NCBI GenBank assembly: GCA_903895725.1
Contig: CAITUV010000030.1
Span: 8,603-72,602 of the forward strand
Origin: an uncultured Myxococcales bacterium
GTDB lineage: Bacteria > Myxococcota_A > UBA9042 > CAIXZC01
Direction: 5' to 3'
DNA length: 64,000 bases
In this document: in pieces, positions 30,501 through 37,797 of the stretch
Position numbering within the stretch: position 1 is the first letter of the stretch
Layout: each line of letters starts with the position of its first letter
Translations under genes and position numbers: made by a program
The notes under the pieces: model-generated
What the model saw: the letters and a program-made list of their open reading frames with translations, nothing else
Database searches by the model: none
What the model was told of the DNA's origin: nothing

Positions 30501-31886
30501 TGCTCCCTGACTTGCCAGGGAGGCCTCTCGAATTGCAGTGGCGTCTGCGTGAACCTGACCAACGACAATGCCAACTGCGGCCAATGCGGCAAGGCCTGTG
30601 ATGCCGGCAACGTGTGCTCCAACTCGTCGTGCCAGGTGAGCTGCCAGGCCGGCCTTTCCGAATGCGGGGGCGTGTGTGTGAACCTGCAGACCGACCTCTC
30701 CAACTGCGGCCAGTGCGGCAAGGCCTGTGATGCCGGCAACGTGTGCTCCAACGGTTCGTGCCAGGTGAGCTGCCTGGCCGGCTTGTCCCTGTGCAACGGG
30801 ACGTGCGTGAACCTGCTCTCGGACAATGCCAACTGCGGCGAGTGCGGGAAGGCCTGTGCGGCGGGCAATCTCTGCTCGAACGGTTCATGCCAGGTGAGCT
30901 GTCAAGCCGGCCTCACCTTGTGCAACGGAACCTGCGTCAACCTGCAGTCCGACAACGCCAATTGCGGCGGGTGCGGGAAGGCCTGTGCGGCCGGCAACGT
31001 GTGCTCCAGCGGCACCTGCCAGGTGACCTGCCAGGCCGGTCTGACCGTCTGCGGCGGAACCTGCGTCAACACGCAGAGCGACAACGCGCACTGCGGCGGA
31101 TGCAGCAAGCCGTGCCCCGCCGGCTCCATCTGTACGAACGGGGCCTGTGCGGTCAATTGCCAGGTCGGGCTGACCAACTGCTCGGGAACCTGCACGAACC
31201 TGACCTACGACCCGAACAACTGTGGCTCGTGCGGCGCTGCGTGCAACGCCGGCTACGCGTGCTTCAACAGCAAGTGCCTCAAGCTCGGTGCCATCAAGGT
31301 TGCCGTCATGGGCGGGAGCTGGTACACGGATGACACCCGCACCTACCTGGCATCGCAGCCGATGATCGAGTCGGCGGCGTCCCTGAACAGTTGTGCGCTG
31401 GCCAGCCTCCAGCAGTATGATGTCGTCGTGCTGTACGGCAACATGAGCTGCTTCGACGGGGCGGCATTCACGTCCTACATCCAGGGGGGCGGAGGCATCG
31501 TGGCAACCCCGTGGATCCACAACAACAACAGCGGGTTTGCAGGACTGCCGGTCAGCTACGGTGGGGGCTCCAACGCCGTGTACTCGACCGCACTCAACGT
31601 GAACGTGACCAACGCGGCCGATACGCTGTTGTCCGGAGTCTCCTTCACCGGCGGCTCGGTGGGGTACGAAGATGCCTCGTTCACGCTGAAGGCGGGGGCA
31701 ACCAACTCGGTGATCTGGAACAACAACAACACGCGGCTGGCCGTCGCCAAATGGGAGTACGGTTCAGGGCGTTCCGTGTACCTCGACTTCCACTACATCA
31801 CATCCGACTGCGGCCGTGCGATTTCCTACGACTGGGGCAAGAAGCTCCTGTACAACTCCGTCCTGTGGGCCGGCAAGCGGCTGTAG
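27546..31886 (+). CDS. giant tandem cysteine-rich repeat lipoprotein (~30 x 40-aa 6-Cys modules) with C-terminal ~210-aa globular domain
   Basis: MTGRGLCAFVGAALLGVILASCSGGG lipobox. Modules of form C-x2-G-L-x-x-C-x-G-x-C-V-N-L-x-x-D-x-x-N-C-G-x-C-G-x-x-C-x-x-G-x-x-C-S-x-G-x-C-x-x-S repeated from residue ~45 to ~1225. DNA-level near-identical 240-bp duplicate (28224..28464 vs 28465..28705). C-terminal domain LGAIKVAVMGGSWYTDD...DVVVLYGN... unassigned. Confidence 0.75.
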   Translation: MTGRGLCAFVGAALLGVILASCSGGGTVTIGDGDVAGESRQVTCEEGEVDCGGICVDLDSDGQHCGKCGNACPVGQGCQDGECVTVCPEGQDVCSGKCVDLAADPANCGECGKACDVGLACAEGECVVSCPPGTADCEGACVNLLADAAHCGKCGDACQEGQVCTNGQCALTCQQGLVDCNGFCVNLQTDLANCGECGKPCEEGEVCSAGTCALSCQEGLVECDGLCVNLLSDNAHCGECGKVCPAGQLCSNGQCEVSCLQGLSECDGLCVNLMTDLGNCGECGKECEAGQVCSAGECALSCQEGLENCDGLCVNLLSDNANCGECGKVCPAGQLCSNGQCEVSCLQGLSECDGLCVNLMTDLGNCGECGKGCEAGQVCSAGTCALSCQEGLENCDGLCVNLLSDNANCGECGKACQAGQICSNGTCQLWCQQGLKECAGVCVNLLTDTANCGECGVACEAGQVCSNGDCALSCQEGLENCDGLCVNLLTDNANCGDCGTSCLAGWVCSNGDCALSCQQGLADCNGLCVNLLSNNLNCGECGQACEEGTKCSGGVCLLTCQEGLDECQGLCVNLLADNANCGECGLGCPAGQICSNGLCQLSCQQGLSECNGVCVNLKTDVKNCGKCQNACLAGQVCSDGGCSLTCQEGLADCGGLCVNLATDNANCGECGTVCAPGQVCSGGKCGLSCQEGLADCDGLCVNLLTDNANCGQCGTLCGAGELCIGGKCEVTCQPGNEICDGTCVNLLTDNANCGQCGLVCDPGMLCSNGFCLLSCQQGLTDCGGICVNLLSDNDSCGECGKLCAAGQVCSAGKCQLSCQQGLSDCGGLCVNLQVDNGNCGDCGVVCAPGTVCLKGKCEIACLEGLTLCGSICANLMVDNTNCGGCGKPCESGTQCVDGKCEISCLQGLTNCDGVCVNLLSDNANCGQCGTTCDAGKICSNGSCQLSCQQGLSVCDGICVNLLSDNANCGKCGTKCVAGTICSGGSCSLTCQGGLSNCSGVCVNLTNDNANCGQCGKACDAGNVCSNSSCQVSCQAGLSECGGVCVNLQTDLSNCGQCGKACDAGNVCSNGSCQVSCLAGLSLCNGTCVNLLSDNANCGECGKACAAGNLCSNGSCQVSCQAGLTLCNGTCVNLQSDNANCGGCGKACAAGNVCSSGTCQVTCQAGLTVCGGTCVNTQSDNAHCGGCSKPCPAGSICTNGACAVNCQVGLTNCSGTCTNLTYDPNNCGSCGAACNAGYACFNSKCLKLGAIKVAVMGGSWYTDDTRTYLASQPMIESAASLNSCALASLQQYDVVVLYGNMSCFDGAAFTSYIQGGGGIVATPWIHNNNSGFAGLPVSYGGGSNAVYSTALNVNVTNAADTLLSGVSFTGGSVGYEDASFTLKAGATNSVIWNNNNTRLAVAKWEYGSGRSVYLDFHYITSDCGRAISYDWGKKLLYNSVLWAGKRL

Positions 31887-31902
31887 TGGCTTGAGCGGCC
31901 TG

Positions 31903-31924
31903 GCGGAGGGCCGGGCTTCGCCTC
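31903..31924. terminator. possible bidirectional terminator hairpin between convergent genes
   Basis: GGCGGA-gggccgggc-TTCGCC (6-bp stem with one G-T pair, 9-nt loop) in the 36-bp gap between the repeat-lipoprotein gene (+) and lipase gene (-). Weak. Confidence 0.25.
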
Positions 31925-33374
31925 ACTTCCCCAGAGTATCGACGATCCAATCCTGAGCGAAAGAGCTGGCCACCAGGTCCCAATGATTGAGCAGGGCGAA
32001 ATGCTTTGTCTCAGCCAGGCCGGGAAGCATGGCGGCATCCTCCGCACTCTTGCGGAAGACGACTCCGTCTGACGGACCGGTCGCTTCCCAGGTGACCCCG
32101 TTGATGATCGGGTTTCCTCCGGAGGCAACATGGACGGCAACGGAGGCCGGGACGTCGTGAGTCCTCAGGTCGCCCAGGAAGCCCCCGCCCAGCTCGATCG
32201 CTGCCGCAATGCCGAGCGAGTGGCTCACGAACCCCTGGCCACCGTAATAGGTGGTGTACCAGTCCTGCTCGAACATCGAAAGGGCATATTCCTCGTCCCA
32301 GGCCGCCTGGAGCTGGAGCAGCCCGTCGAACGCACCGCCGTAGATGCTGTCGGCGTAGGTGTCCTTCCAGACGCCCCACTCGAGCACCTTGTCCCACGAG
32401 GAGGGCATCGAGAGCTGGAAATATTCGGCCGGGAAGTTGAACGCCGGATGTCGGAAAGAGAAATCCGTTCCCCCGAGCGGGACGCCGAGGAGCACCAGGC
32501 GGTCAATGTCATCCTGATAGGTGAGACCGACCTCCCCGGCGAATCCGGAGGCCAGCGTCACCGCAACCATTCCTCCCTTGGAATGGGCGACCACGCTCAG
32601 CTTCGAAAGACCGGACAGAAGACGAGCCTGCTCCAGGGCGGCTGCGAGCTCGATTGCCTGGTTGAAGTTGTTCCCGAAGGGGTGGGGGAACGTGATTGCG
32701 AGCACGCAATGGCCCGCCTTGGTGAGTGCCTGGTAGAGCCCGGTCCCGATCAGGGCCGGCTCCACGAAGCTCTGCATCGCGTTGCTGCCTGCGCCGTGGA
32801 CCAGCATGACGGCATCCGTCGGGCCCTCCAGCTTGCCGCATCCGGTTCCGACGTGCAGCACGAAGCGGTCCGGGCCTGGCTTGGTCTGGCCGCCGAACAG
32901 GGTGGCAATGTCGGGATCCTTCTGCGTCGTCTGGTCGACGGACTTCTCGGCCAGCAGCCCGGGATGGGCGACGCTGTACAGCCGGCAGGAGGCAAATGGG
33001 GCACATGCATTCTCGGCCACGAGCTCGGTGGCGAATACTGTAGGCGGATCTGTTGCGTCGACCCCCTCGACGTCAAAATCGGCATCGGCATCACAATCGG
33101 CATCGGCATCGTAATCGCCATCGGCATCGGCATCACAATCGGCATCGCCATCGCCATCGTAATCGCCATCCCCATCGTAATCGCCATCGGCACCGTCGTC
33201 GTATTCGGAATCGCTGTCAGCGCCGTAGTCGTACTGGTAGTCCCCCCCTTCAACCTCATGCCCCGAGTCTGTCCCGACGTACTTCACCGGCCCCGAGCCG
33301 CTGCACGACAGCACAAGCCCGGCAACCGCGGTCATCAGCCAAAGAACCACCGTCACGAGCCGGTCCCCGCTCAT
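31923..33374 (-). CDS. lipoprotein alpha/beta-hydrolase (secreted lipase/esterase-like) with poly-(Asp-Gly/Ala-Asp) acidic linker
   Basis: Start trimmed to MSGDRLVTVVLWLMTAVAGLVLSCSGSG (cat 33372-33374). Acidic low-complexity DGDYDGDGDYDGDGDADCDADADGDYDADADCDADADFD encoded by GATGCC/GATTGC repeats. Hydrolase core with VVAHSKGGM (GxSxG) nucleophile elbow. Confidence 0.7.
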   Translation of the reverse strand: MSGDRLVTVVLWLMTAVAGLVLSCSGSGPVKYVGTDSGHEVEGGDYQYDYGADSDSEYDDGADGDYDGDGDYDGDGDADCDADADGDYDADADCDADADFDVEGVDATDPPTVFATELVAENACAPFASCRLYSVAHPGLLAEKSVDQTTQKDPDIATLFGGQTKPGPDRFVLHVGTGCGKLEGPTDAVMLVHGAGSNAMQSFVEPALIGTGLYQALTKAGHCVLAITFPHPFGNNFNQAIELAAALEQARLLSGLSKLSVVAHSKGGMVAVTLASGFAGEVGLTYQDDIDRLVLLGVPLGGTDFSFRHPAFNFPAEYFQLSMPSSWDKVLEWGVWKDTYADSIYGGAFDGLLQLQAAWDEEYALSMFEQDWYTTYYGGQGFVSHSLGIAAAIELGGGFLGDLRTHDVPASVAVHVASGGNPIINGVTWEATGPSDGVVFRKSAEDAAMLPGLAETKHFALLNHWDLVASSFAQDWIVDTLGK

Positions 33375-34462
33375 TCCCGCCCCCCATGCTGTCCGTCGTC
33401 CGTTTCGGCGAGCCACGCCGTGATGCGATTCCACACCTTGCTGAACGATCCTTCCCCGACCGAAAGGCCGATATGGCCAACGGGAAATACCTGGTTCTCG
33501 AAGCGGCGGCTTCCCGTGAACACTTTTTCGGCTGCAAGAGAGCAGGCGGGCGGGATGATGTGGTCCGATTTTGCGATCACATTGAGCACCGGACACGTGA
33601 TCCGGGTGAAATCGAGCGTTTGCCCGCCTGCTGCAAGCCCACCCCGCATCACCCGGTTCTCACGGTACCAGTGCTGCACGTACTCCCGGAACGCCTCGCC
33701 TGCCACCGGGACCGGATCGTTGACCCACTTGGAGATGGCCAGGTAGCTGCGCAGGAACTCCTGGCTCCAACCGTACTTCCAGAGCGAGTAGCTGTTGCGG
33801 GCCTGCCAGCTCGGCTTGAGCATGGTGAATGCCATGTTGAGGACATCGGGCGAGACCAGGCCGCTCGAGCTGACGAAGGCATCCAGATTGAACGCCGAGC
33901 TCTTGGCCCACAGACGGAGCAGCCCCGCCTCATCGAAGTCGATGGGGGTGGCCAGCAGCACCAGCGATGCCACTTTCTCGGGGTGGAGGGCCGCGTACAT
34001 CATGGCCAGGCTTCCACCCATGCAGTAGCCGGCCAGGACCGGGGCGGCCTTATCCCTTGCCAGGATCCGGTCGACAGCCAGCCCCAGACGCCCATCCGCA
34101 TAGTCCGAGAGCGACGTGTTCCGGTCCCCTGTGCCCGGGATTCCCCAGTCCAGCAGGTACACGCAGAACCCTGCCCCCTGCAGATACCTCACCACGCTGC
34201 GGTCGGGCAGAAGGTCGAGCACGTAGGCCCGGTTCACGAGCGACGGGACGAAGAGCACCGGATGACTGTGCTTTCGAGCCGACTCATCCGAGTAGCGCAG
34301 AAGCCGGCTTCCCGCCACGTCGAGGACGACCTCGTGCGGCGTGGTGCCGGTTTCCGGTGCCCGGATTGCCCCGGTCGCGAGCTTCACCCCATTGGACAGA
34401 CGTCCTGCAACGGCCTTGAGCTCCACCCGAGCTGCCTGGAGTGCGTCCCGCACTTTCTTCAT
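33371..34462 (-). CDS. phaC: poly(R)-hydroxyalkanoate synthase, class III/IV catalytic subunit PhaC
   Basis: Start trimmed to MKKVRDALQAARVELK (cat 34460-34462), 364 aa. Lipase-box G-Y-C-M-G-G (LAGYCMGGSLAMMYAAL) with catalytic Cys; FVPSLVNRAYVLDL; size typical of class III/IV PhaC. Overlaps the upstream phaE-like gene by ATGA. Confidence 0.8.
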   Translation of the reverse strand: MKKVRDALQAARVELKAVAGRLSNGVKLATGAIRAPETGTTPHEVVLDVAGSRLLRYSDESARKHSHPVLFVPSLVNRAYVLDLLPDRSVVRYLQGAGFCVYLLDWGIPGTGDRNTSLSDYADGRLGLAVDRILARDKAAPVLAGYCMGGSLAMMYAALHPEKVASLVLLATPIDFDEAGLLRLWAKSSAFNLDAFVSSSGLVSPDVLNMAFTMLKPSWQARNSYSLWKYGWSQEFLRSYLAISKWVNDPVPVAGEAFREYVQHWYRENRVMRGGLAAGGQTLDFTRITCPVLNVIAKSDHIIPPACSLAAEKVFTGSRRFENQVFPVGHIGLSVGEGSFSKVWNRITAWLAETDDGQHGGRE

Positions 34463-34872
34463 GCGCCCTTCCTGCTCTTTCGAGTCCCCGAAGCGGACTT
34501 GGACGGTCCGGCCACCGGGGCCGGTGCCTCGGCGGTTGCCGAAGCCTCTGCCAGCCGGCTCAGCGCGGACAGAGCCTCGGTCATGGCCGCAAGACCGTCC
34601 TGGAGAAGGTCCATGCGCGTCACGAGCTTCTGCTGTTCCACCTCGATGCGGCGGATGGCGGAGAGGGCATCTTCCATGTCCTTGCGCGTGGGGAGCTGGA
34701 CGCTCTCCAACGCCTTGATGATGGAACGGTCGACGACCATCCGGAACAGGTTGCTCCCTTCCATCAGCTTTCCCATCTGCGTCAGGAACGCCTGGTTGCG
34801 GACGAGCTGGTCCATGAAGGTCGAAAATCCTTTTTCCCACTGCTTGAAAATCATGTCGCTGAAATCCACCAT
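34459..34872 (-). CDS. PHA synthase second subunit (PhaE/PhaR-type, class III/IV)
   Basis: 137 aa; ...LESVQLPTRKDMEDALSAIRRIEVEQQKLVTRMDLL... matches the conserved (V)NxPTR(E/K)D(I/M)...core of the PhaE/PhaR (synthase subunit) family. Translationally coupled to phaC. Confidence 0.6.
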   Translation of the reverse strand: MVDFSDMIFKQWEKGFSTFMDQLVRNQAFLTQMGKLMEGSNLFRMVVDRSIIKALESVQLPTRKDMEDALSAIRRIEVEQQKLVTRMDLLQDGLAAMTEALSALSRLAEASATAEAPAPVAGPSKSASGTRKSRKGA

Positions 34873-34881
34873 GGCATCCTC

Positions 34882-36411
34882 CTAGTGCGGTTCTGTGCGG
34901 GTGAGCTCTTCAGCGAGCTGCCGCTTCAGGATCTTGCCTGCAGCGCTGACCGGCAGGGCGTCACGAACGATCACCTGGCGAGGCATCTTGAACCGGGCCA
35001 GGCGGGGTCCGAGGTAATCGAGCAGCGCCTCAGGAGCCGGCTTCCGACCAGGGGCCGGCGTCACGAAGGCCACCGGCACCTCCCCCCACTTGTCATCCTT
35101 GATTCCGACTACGGCGGCCATTCCCACGTCGGGGTGGTTGGTCAGTAGCTGCTCGATCTCGGCCGGATACACGTTCTCGCCGCCCGAGATGATCATTTCC
35201 TTCTTCCGGCCCGCGATGGTCAGGAACCCGTCTTCATCGAAATGGCCGAGGTCGCCGGTCCTGAGCCACCCGTCCACGATGGTCCGTGCGGTTTCTTCCG
35301 GCAGGTTCCAGTATCCGAGCATGATGTTGGGCCCCTTGCACACGACCTCGCCGGTCTGGCCGGGCGGGAGAATCTGCCCGTTTTCGTCGATGACTTCGAC
35401 CTCGGTGTACAGGCAGCGCTTGCCGACGGTACCGGGCTTGCGCCGGCAATCTCCCGGTCCCATCCCGGTAACCCCCGGCGAGGCCTCGGTCAGCCCATAC
35501 CCCTGCCGCATCTCGAAGCCCCGGGAATGGTAGGTCTCCAGGAGAGACAGCGGCAGCGGTGCCCCGCCGGAGAGCAGGACCGACAGCGACGACAGATCCC
35601 GCTTCTCGAAGTCCGGATGGTCAAGCAGCATCTGGTAGACCGTCGGGACTGCCATGATCCCGACGACCTTCCACCGTTCGACCCGCTCCAGCACGTCGGC
35701 CGGATCGAACTTCGGAATCAGGATCGTCGTGGCTCCAATGTGGATCATCGGGGTCACCGAGCCATTGAGCCCCCCCACGTGGAAGAGCGGCAGGACCACC
35801 AGCGTCACCGCATCGGGCGAGTTCCCGAACGCCCAGCCGTTCACCGTCTGGAAGAAGCAGTTGTGGTGCGAGAGCATCACTCCCTTGGCCCGGCCCGTGG
35901 TCCCCGCCGTGTACATGATGAGCAGCAGGTCGTCCCCGCCCGCCTTCTCGTCGAGGGCCTCGGCATCGGCTGCGCTGGCGAGCAGTGCATCGTACTCGCC
36001 GGAGCCGGCCAGCGGGGTGGATACCCGCCGCTGCAGGGCGCCCACGGCTGAGCCCAGCTCATCGGCCTGCTTCGCGAACACGGGATCATGGAACAACACC
36101 CGTGGCGAGCAATCCTCGAGGATGAACTGGAGCTCCGGCACGGACAGGCGGAAGTTGAGTGGGACGAACACCATGCCCCTCTTGGCGCAGGCAAAAAGGA
36201 GCTCGATGTACTCGATGCTGTTCAGCATCAGGGCAGCGACCCGATCCCCGGCCACAAGCCCCATCGCGGACAGGGCATTGGCCAGCCGGTTGACCCGCTG
36301 GTCCATCTCCCGGTAGGTCACGGCCCGCCCCGCACAGATCAGGGCTTTCTTCTCCGGGTACAACCGAGCGTTCTTGGAAATCCAGAATCCGATGTTGATC
36401 CGCATCCCCAT
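34882..36411 (-). CDS. AMP-dependent acyl-CoA synthetase/ligase (fatty-acid--CoA ligase-like)
   Basis: Start trimmed to MGMRINIGFW (cat 36409-36411). AMP-binding motif LLLIMYTAGTTGRAKGVMLSHHN, YGLTEASP, GWLRTGDLG, C-terminal PVSAAGKILK. Confidence 0.8.
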   Translation of the reverse strand: MGMRINIGFWISKNARLYPEKKALICAGRAVTYREMDQRVNRLANALSAMGLVAGDRVAALMLNSIEYIELLFACAKRGMVFVPLNFRLSVPELQFILEDCSPRVLFHDPVFAKQADELGSAVGALQRRVSTPLAGSGEYDALLASAADAEALDEKAGGDDLLLIMYTAGTTGRAKGVMLSHHNCFFQTVNGWAFGNSPDAVTLVVLPLFHVGGLNGSVTPMIHIGATTILIPKFDPADVLERVERWKVVGIMAVPTVYQMLLDHPDFEKRDLSSLSVLLSGGAPLPLSLLETYHSRGFEMRQGYGLTEASPGVTGMGPGDCRRKPGTVGKRCLYTEVEVIDENGQILPPGQTGEVVCKGPNIMLGYWNLPEETARTIVDGWLRTGDLGHFDEDGFLTIAGRKKEMIISGGENVYPAEIEQLLTNHPDVGMAAVVGIKDDKWGEVPVAFVTPAPGRKPAPEALLDYLGPRLARFKMPRQVIVRDALPVSAAGKILKRQLAEELTRTEPH

Positions 36412-36480
36412 GTCTCCCTCCCGCCTGCCCTGTGTACCCCGCCCTTCCCGACTTGTCCACCCCTGCCTGTGCCCCCGTCT

Positions 36481-36624
36481 GCTGCGCATCCAAAGGGCCC
36501 CTCCCGCGTGGTCGGGGCTGCGTTTGCCCGTGCCCGTGGCCTGACCGTTCCCTGCCCGTGGCCGCTGCGCATCCAAAGGGCCCCTCCCGCGTGGTCGGGG
36601 CTGTGTTGGCCCGTGCCCGTGGCC
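36481..36624. repeat. two copies of a 61-bp direct repeat (GCTGCGCATCCAAAGGGCCCCTCCCGCGTGGTCGGGGCTG(C/T)GTT(T/G)GCCCGTGCCCGTGGCC) separated by 22 bp, in the phasin-3'/acyl-CoA-synthetase-5' intergenic region
   Basis: Read directly: copy 1 at 36481-36541, copy 2 at 36564-36624, 2-3 mismatches. Not coding in a credible frame (an antisense ORF-track entry only). Confidence 0.8.
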
Positions 36625-36628
36625 GCTG

Positions 36629-37027
36629 CTACTTGCACTTCGGTTCCATGCTCCGAAGCTTGCCGGCCAGGTCCATGGCGGCCTTGGCAGCCTGCTGGAA
36701 GCTGTGGCTCCCCTGCTCGAGCGCCTTGACGTAGTTGTCCATCAGCATGGTCATGCCCTTGCGGTTCATCCCGTGCATCTTGTGGGCCACGTCGATGGGC
36801 ATCTGCACGGCCTTGGCGGCCTCGGGGTGTCCTTCGAAGCCCTTGTGCAGCGCGTCCTCGATGGGCTGGAAGGCCTTCTCCATCTGGTCGAACCCGTTGT
36901 CCATGAGGGTCCGGGCCTGCTCGACCCCTTCCTTGTGCATCTGCACAACGGCGCCGAATCCCTTCTCCATGTTCTTGACCATCTCCACCGTCCAATCGCC
37001 CATGTTCGCTACGAATTCCTTCTCCAT
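36629..37027 (-). CDS. phasin-family PHA granule-associated protein
   Basis: 132 aa, alpha-helical, Lys/Glu/Ala/Met-rich (MEKEFVANMGDWTVEMVKNMEKGF...); divergent from phaR, as in classical phaP-phaR arrangements. Confidence 0.7.
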   Translation of the reverse strand: MEKEFVANMGDWTVEMVKNMEKGFGAVVQMHKEGVEQARTLMDNGFDQMEKAFQPIEDALHKGFEGHPEAAKAVQMPIDVAHKMHGMNRKGMTMLMDNYVKALEQGSHSFQQAAKAAMDLAGKLRSMEPKCK

Positions 37028-37069
37028 GACAACCTCCCGTATGCTCGCCGCCGCTCCGTGCGGTGGGGA

Positions 37070-37084
37070 TGCTGCAATGCAGCA
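37070..37084. promoter_or_regulatory. putative operator: palindrome TGCTGCA-A-TGCAGCA in the phasin/phaR divergent promoter (TGC-rich, PhaR-site-like)
   Basis: Perfect 7-bp arms around one central base. A second palindromic element T6-GTTGCAAC-GC-A8 lies at 37126-37148. PhaR repressors are known to bind TGC-rich repeats in phaP/phaR intergenic DNA (established knowledge); assignment here is inference. Confidence 0.4.
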
Positions 37085-37188
37085 ATCGCCCTCAATATAG
37101 GCGCGGTCCGGTGGCTGTCAACCTCTTTTTTGTTGCAACGCAAAAAAAACTCCGCTACGGTTCAGCCAGTCAGCGTTGGAGGGCAGCC

Positions 37189-37797
37189 TTGACCGACAGG
37201 ACCATCATCAAGAAGTACGGCAACCGCCGTCTCTACGACACGACCCGGAGCCGCTACATCAACCTGGAGGACATCCCTGCGATTCTCAAGAGCGGCAGTG
37301 ACGTGGAGGTGCGGGATGCCTCCACCAACGAGGAGATCACGGCCGCAGTCCTGCTGCAGCTCATCGTGGAGCGGGAAAAGCGCAAGGTCGAGGGGCTCCC
37401 CCTGGACCTGCTCAAAGAGTTCGTGATCCTCCAGGATACGCCGGGGCGACGGTTCTTCGACCAGGCCATCCGGCAGGGGCTTGCGGTGCTTCGCGAGATG
37501 AAGAAGGCCGGCCTCCCGTCGGTCGAGTCCGCCGCAACCTGGCTCGATCCGGCCGCATGGATGGCCCGGTTCTTCCCGGGAGCCTCGGGGGCCGAGCCCT
37601 CGCACGCAGGCGCTGCGCACGCGGATCCTTCCAATGCGCATGGGGATGCTCCCGACGCACCACCGGACGCCCCCGCCGATGGCCCCGAAGAACCGCCCGA
37701 GCCGAATCGATCGGGGGCAGCCCCGCAGGATTCCATCCTGAAGCAGCTCGAGGAGCTCAAGAAGCGCCTGGAGCGCATCGAACGAAAGCGGAGGTAG
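37189..37797 (+). CDS. phaR: polyhydroxyalkanoate synthesis repressor PhaR
   Basis: TTG start at 37189 preceded by GGAGGG (37178-37183). IIKKYGNRRLYDTTRSRYINLEDI matches the PhaR DNA-binding N-terminus (cf. IKKYPNRRLYDTxTSxYITLxDV). C-terminal Ala/Pro/Asp-rich tail and coiled KQLEELKKRLERIERKRR. Confidence 0.75.
   Translation: MTDRTIIKKYGNRRLYDTTRSRYINLEDIPAILKSGSDVEVRDASTNEEITAAVLLQLIVEREKRKVEGLPLDLLKEFVILQDTPGRRFFDQAIRQGLAVLREMKKAGLPSVESAATWLDPAAWMARFFPGASGAEPSHAGAAHADPSNAHGDAPDAPPDAPADGPEEPPEPNRSGAAPQDSILKQLEELKKRLERIERKRR

Noticed and set aside
28193-30868. Multiple minus-strand ORFs (333, 461, 246, 214 aa) rich in Ser/Pro/His/Gln
   Set aside because: Antisense to the tandem Cys-repeat lipoprotein gene; their own 'repeats' merely mirror the sense-strand repeats.
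33053-34885. 610-aa + strand ORF (His/Arg-rich, HRHRNRHRH)
   Set aside because: Mirror-frame artefact of the lipase acidic linker and antisense to phaC/phaE.
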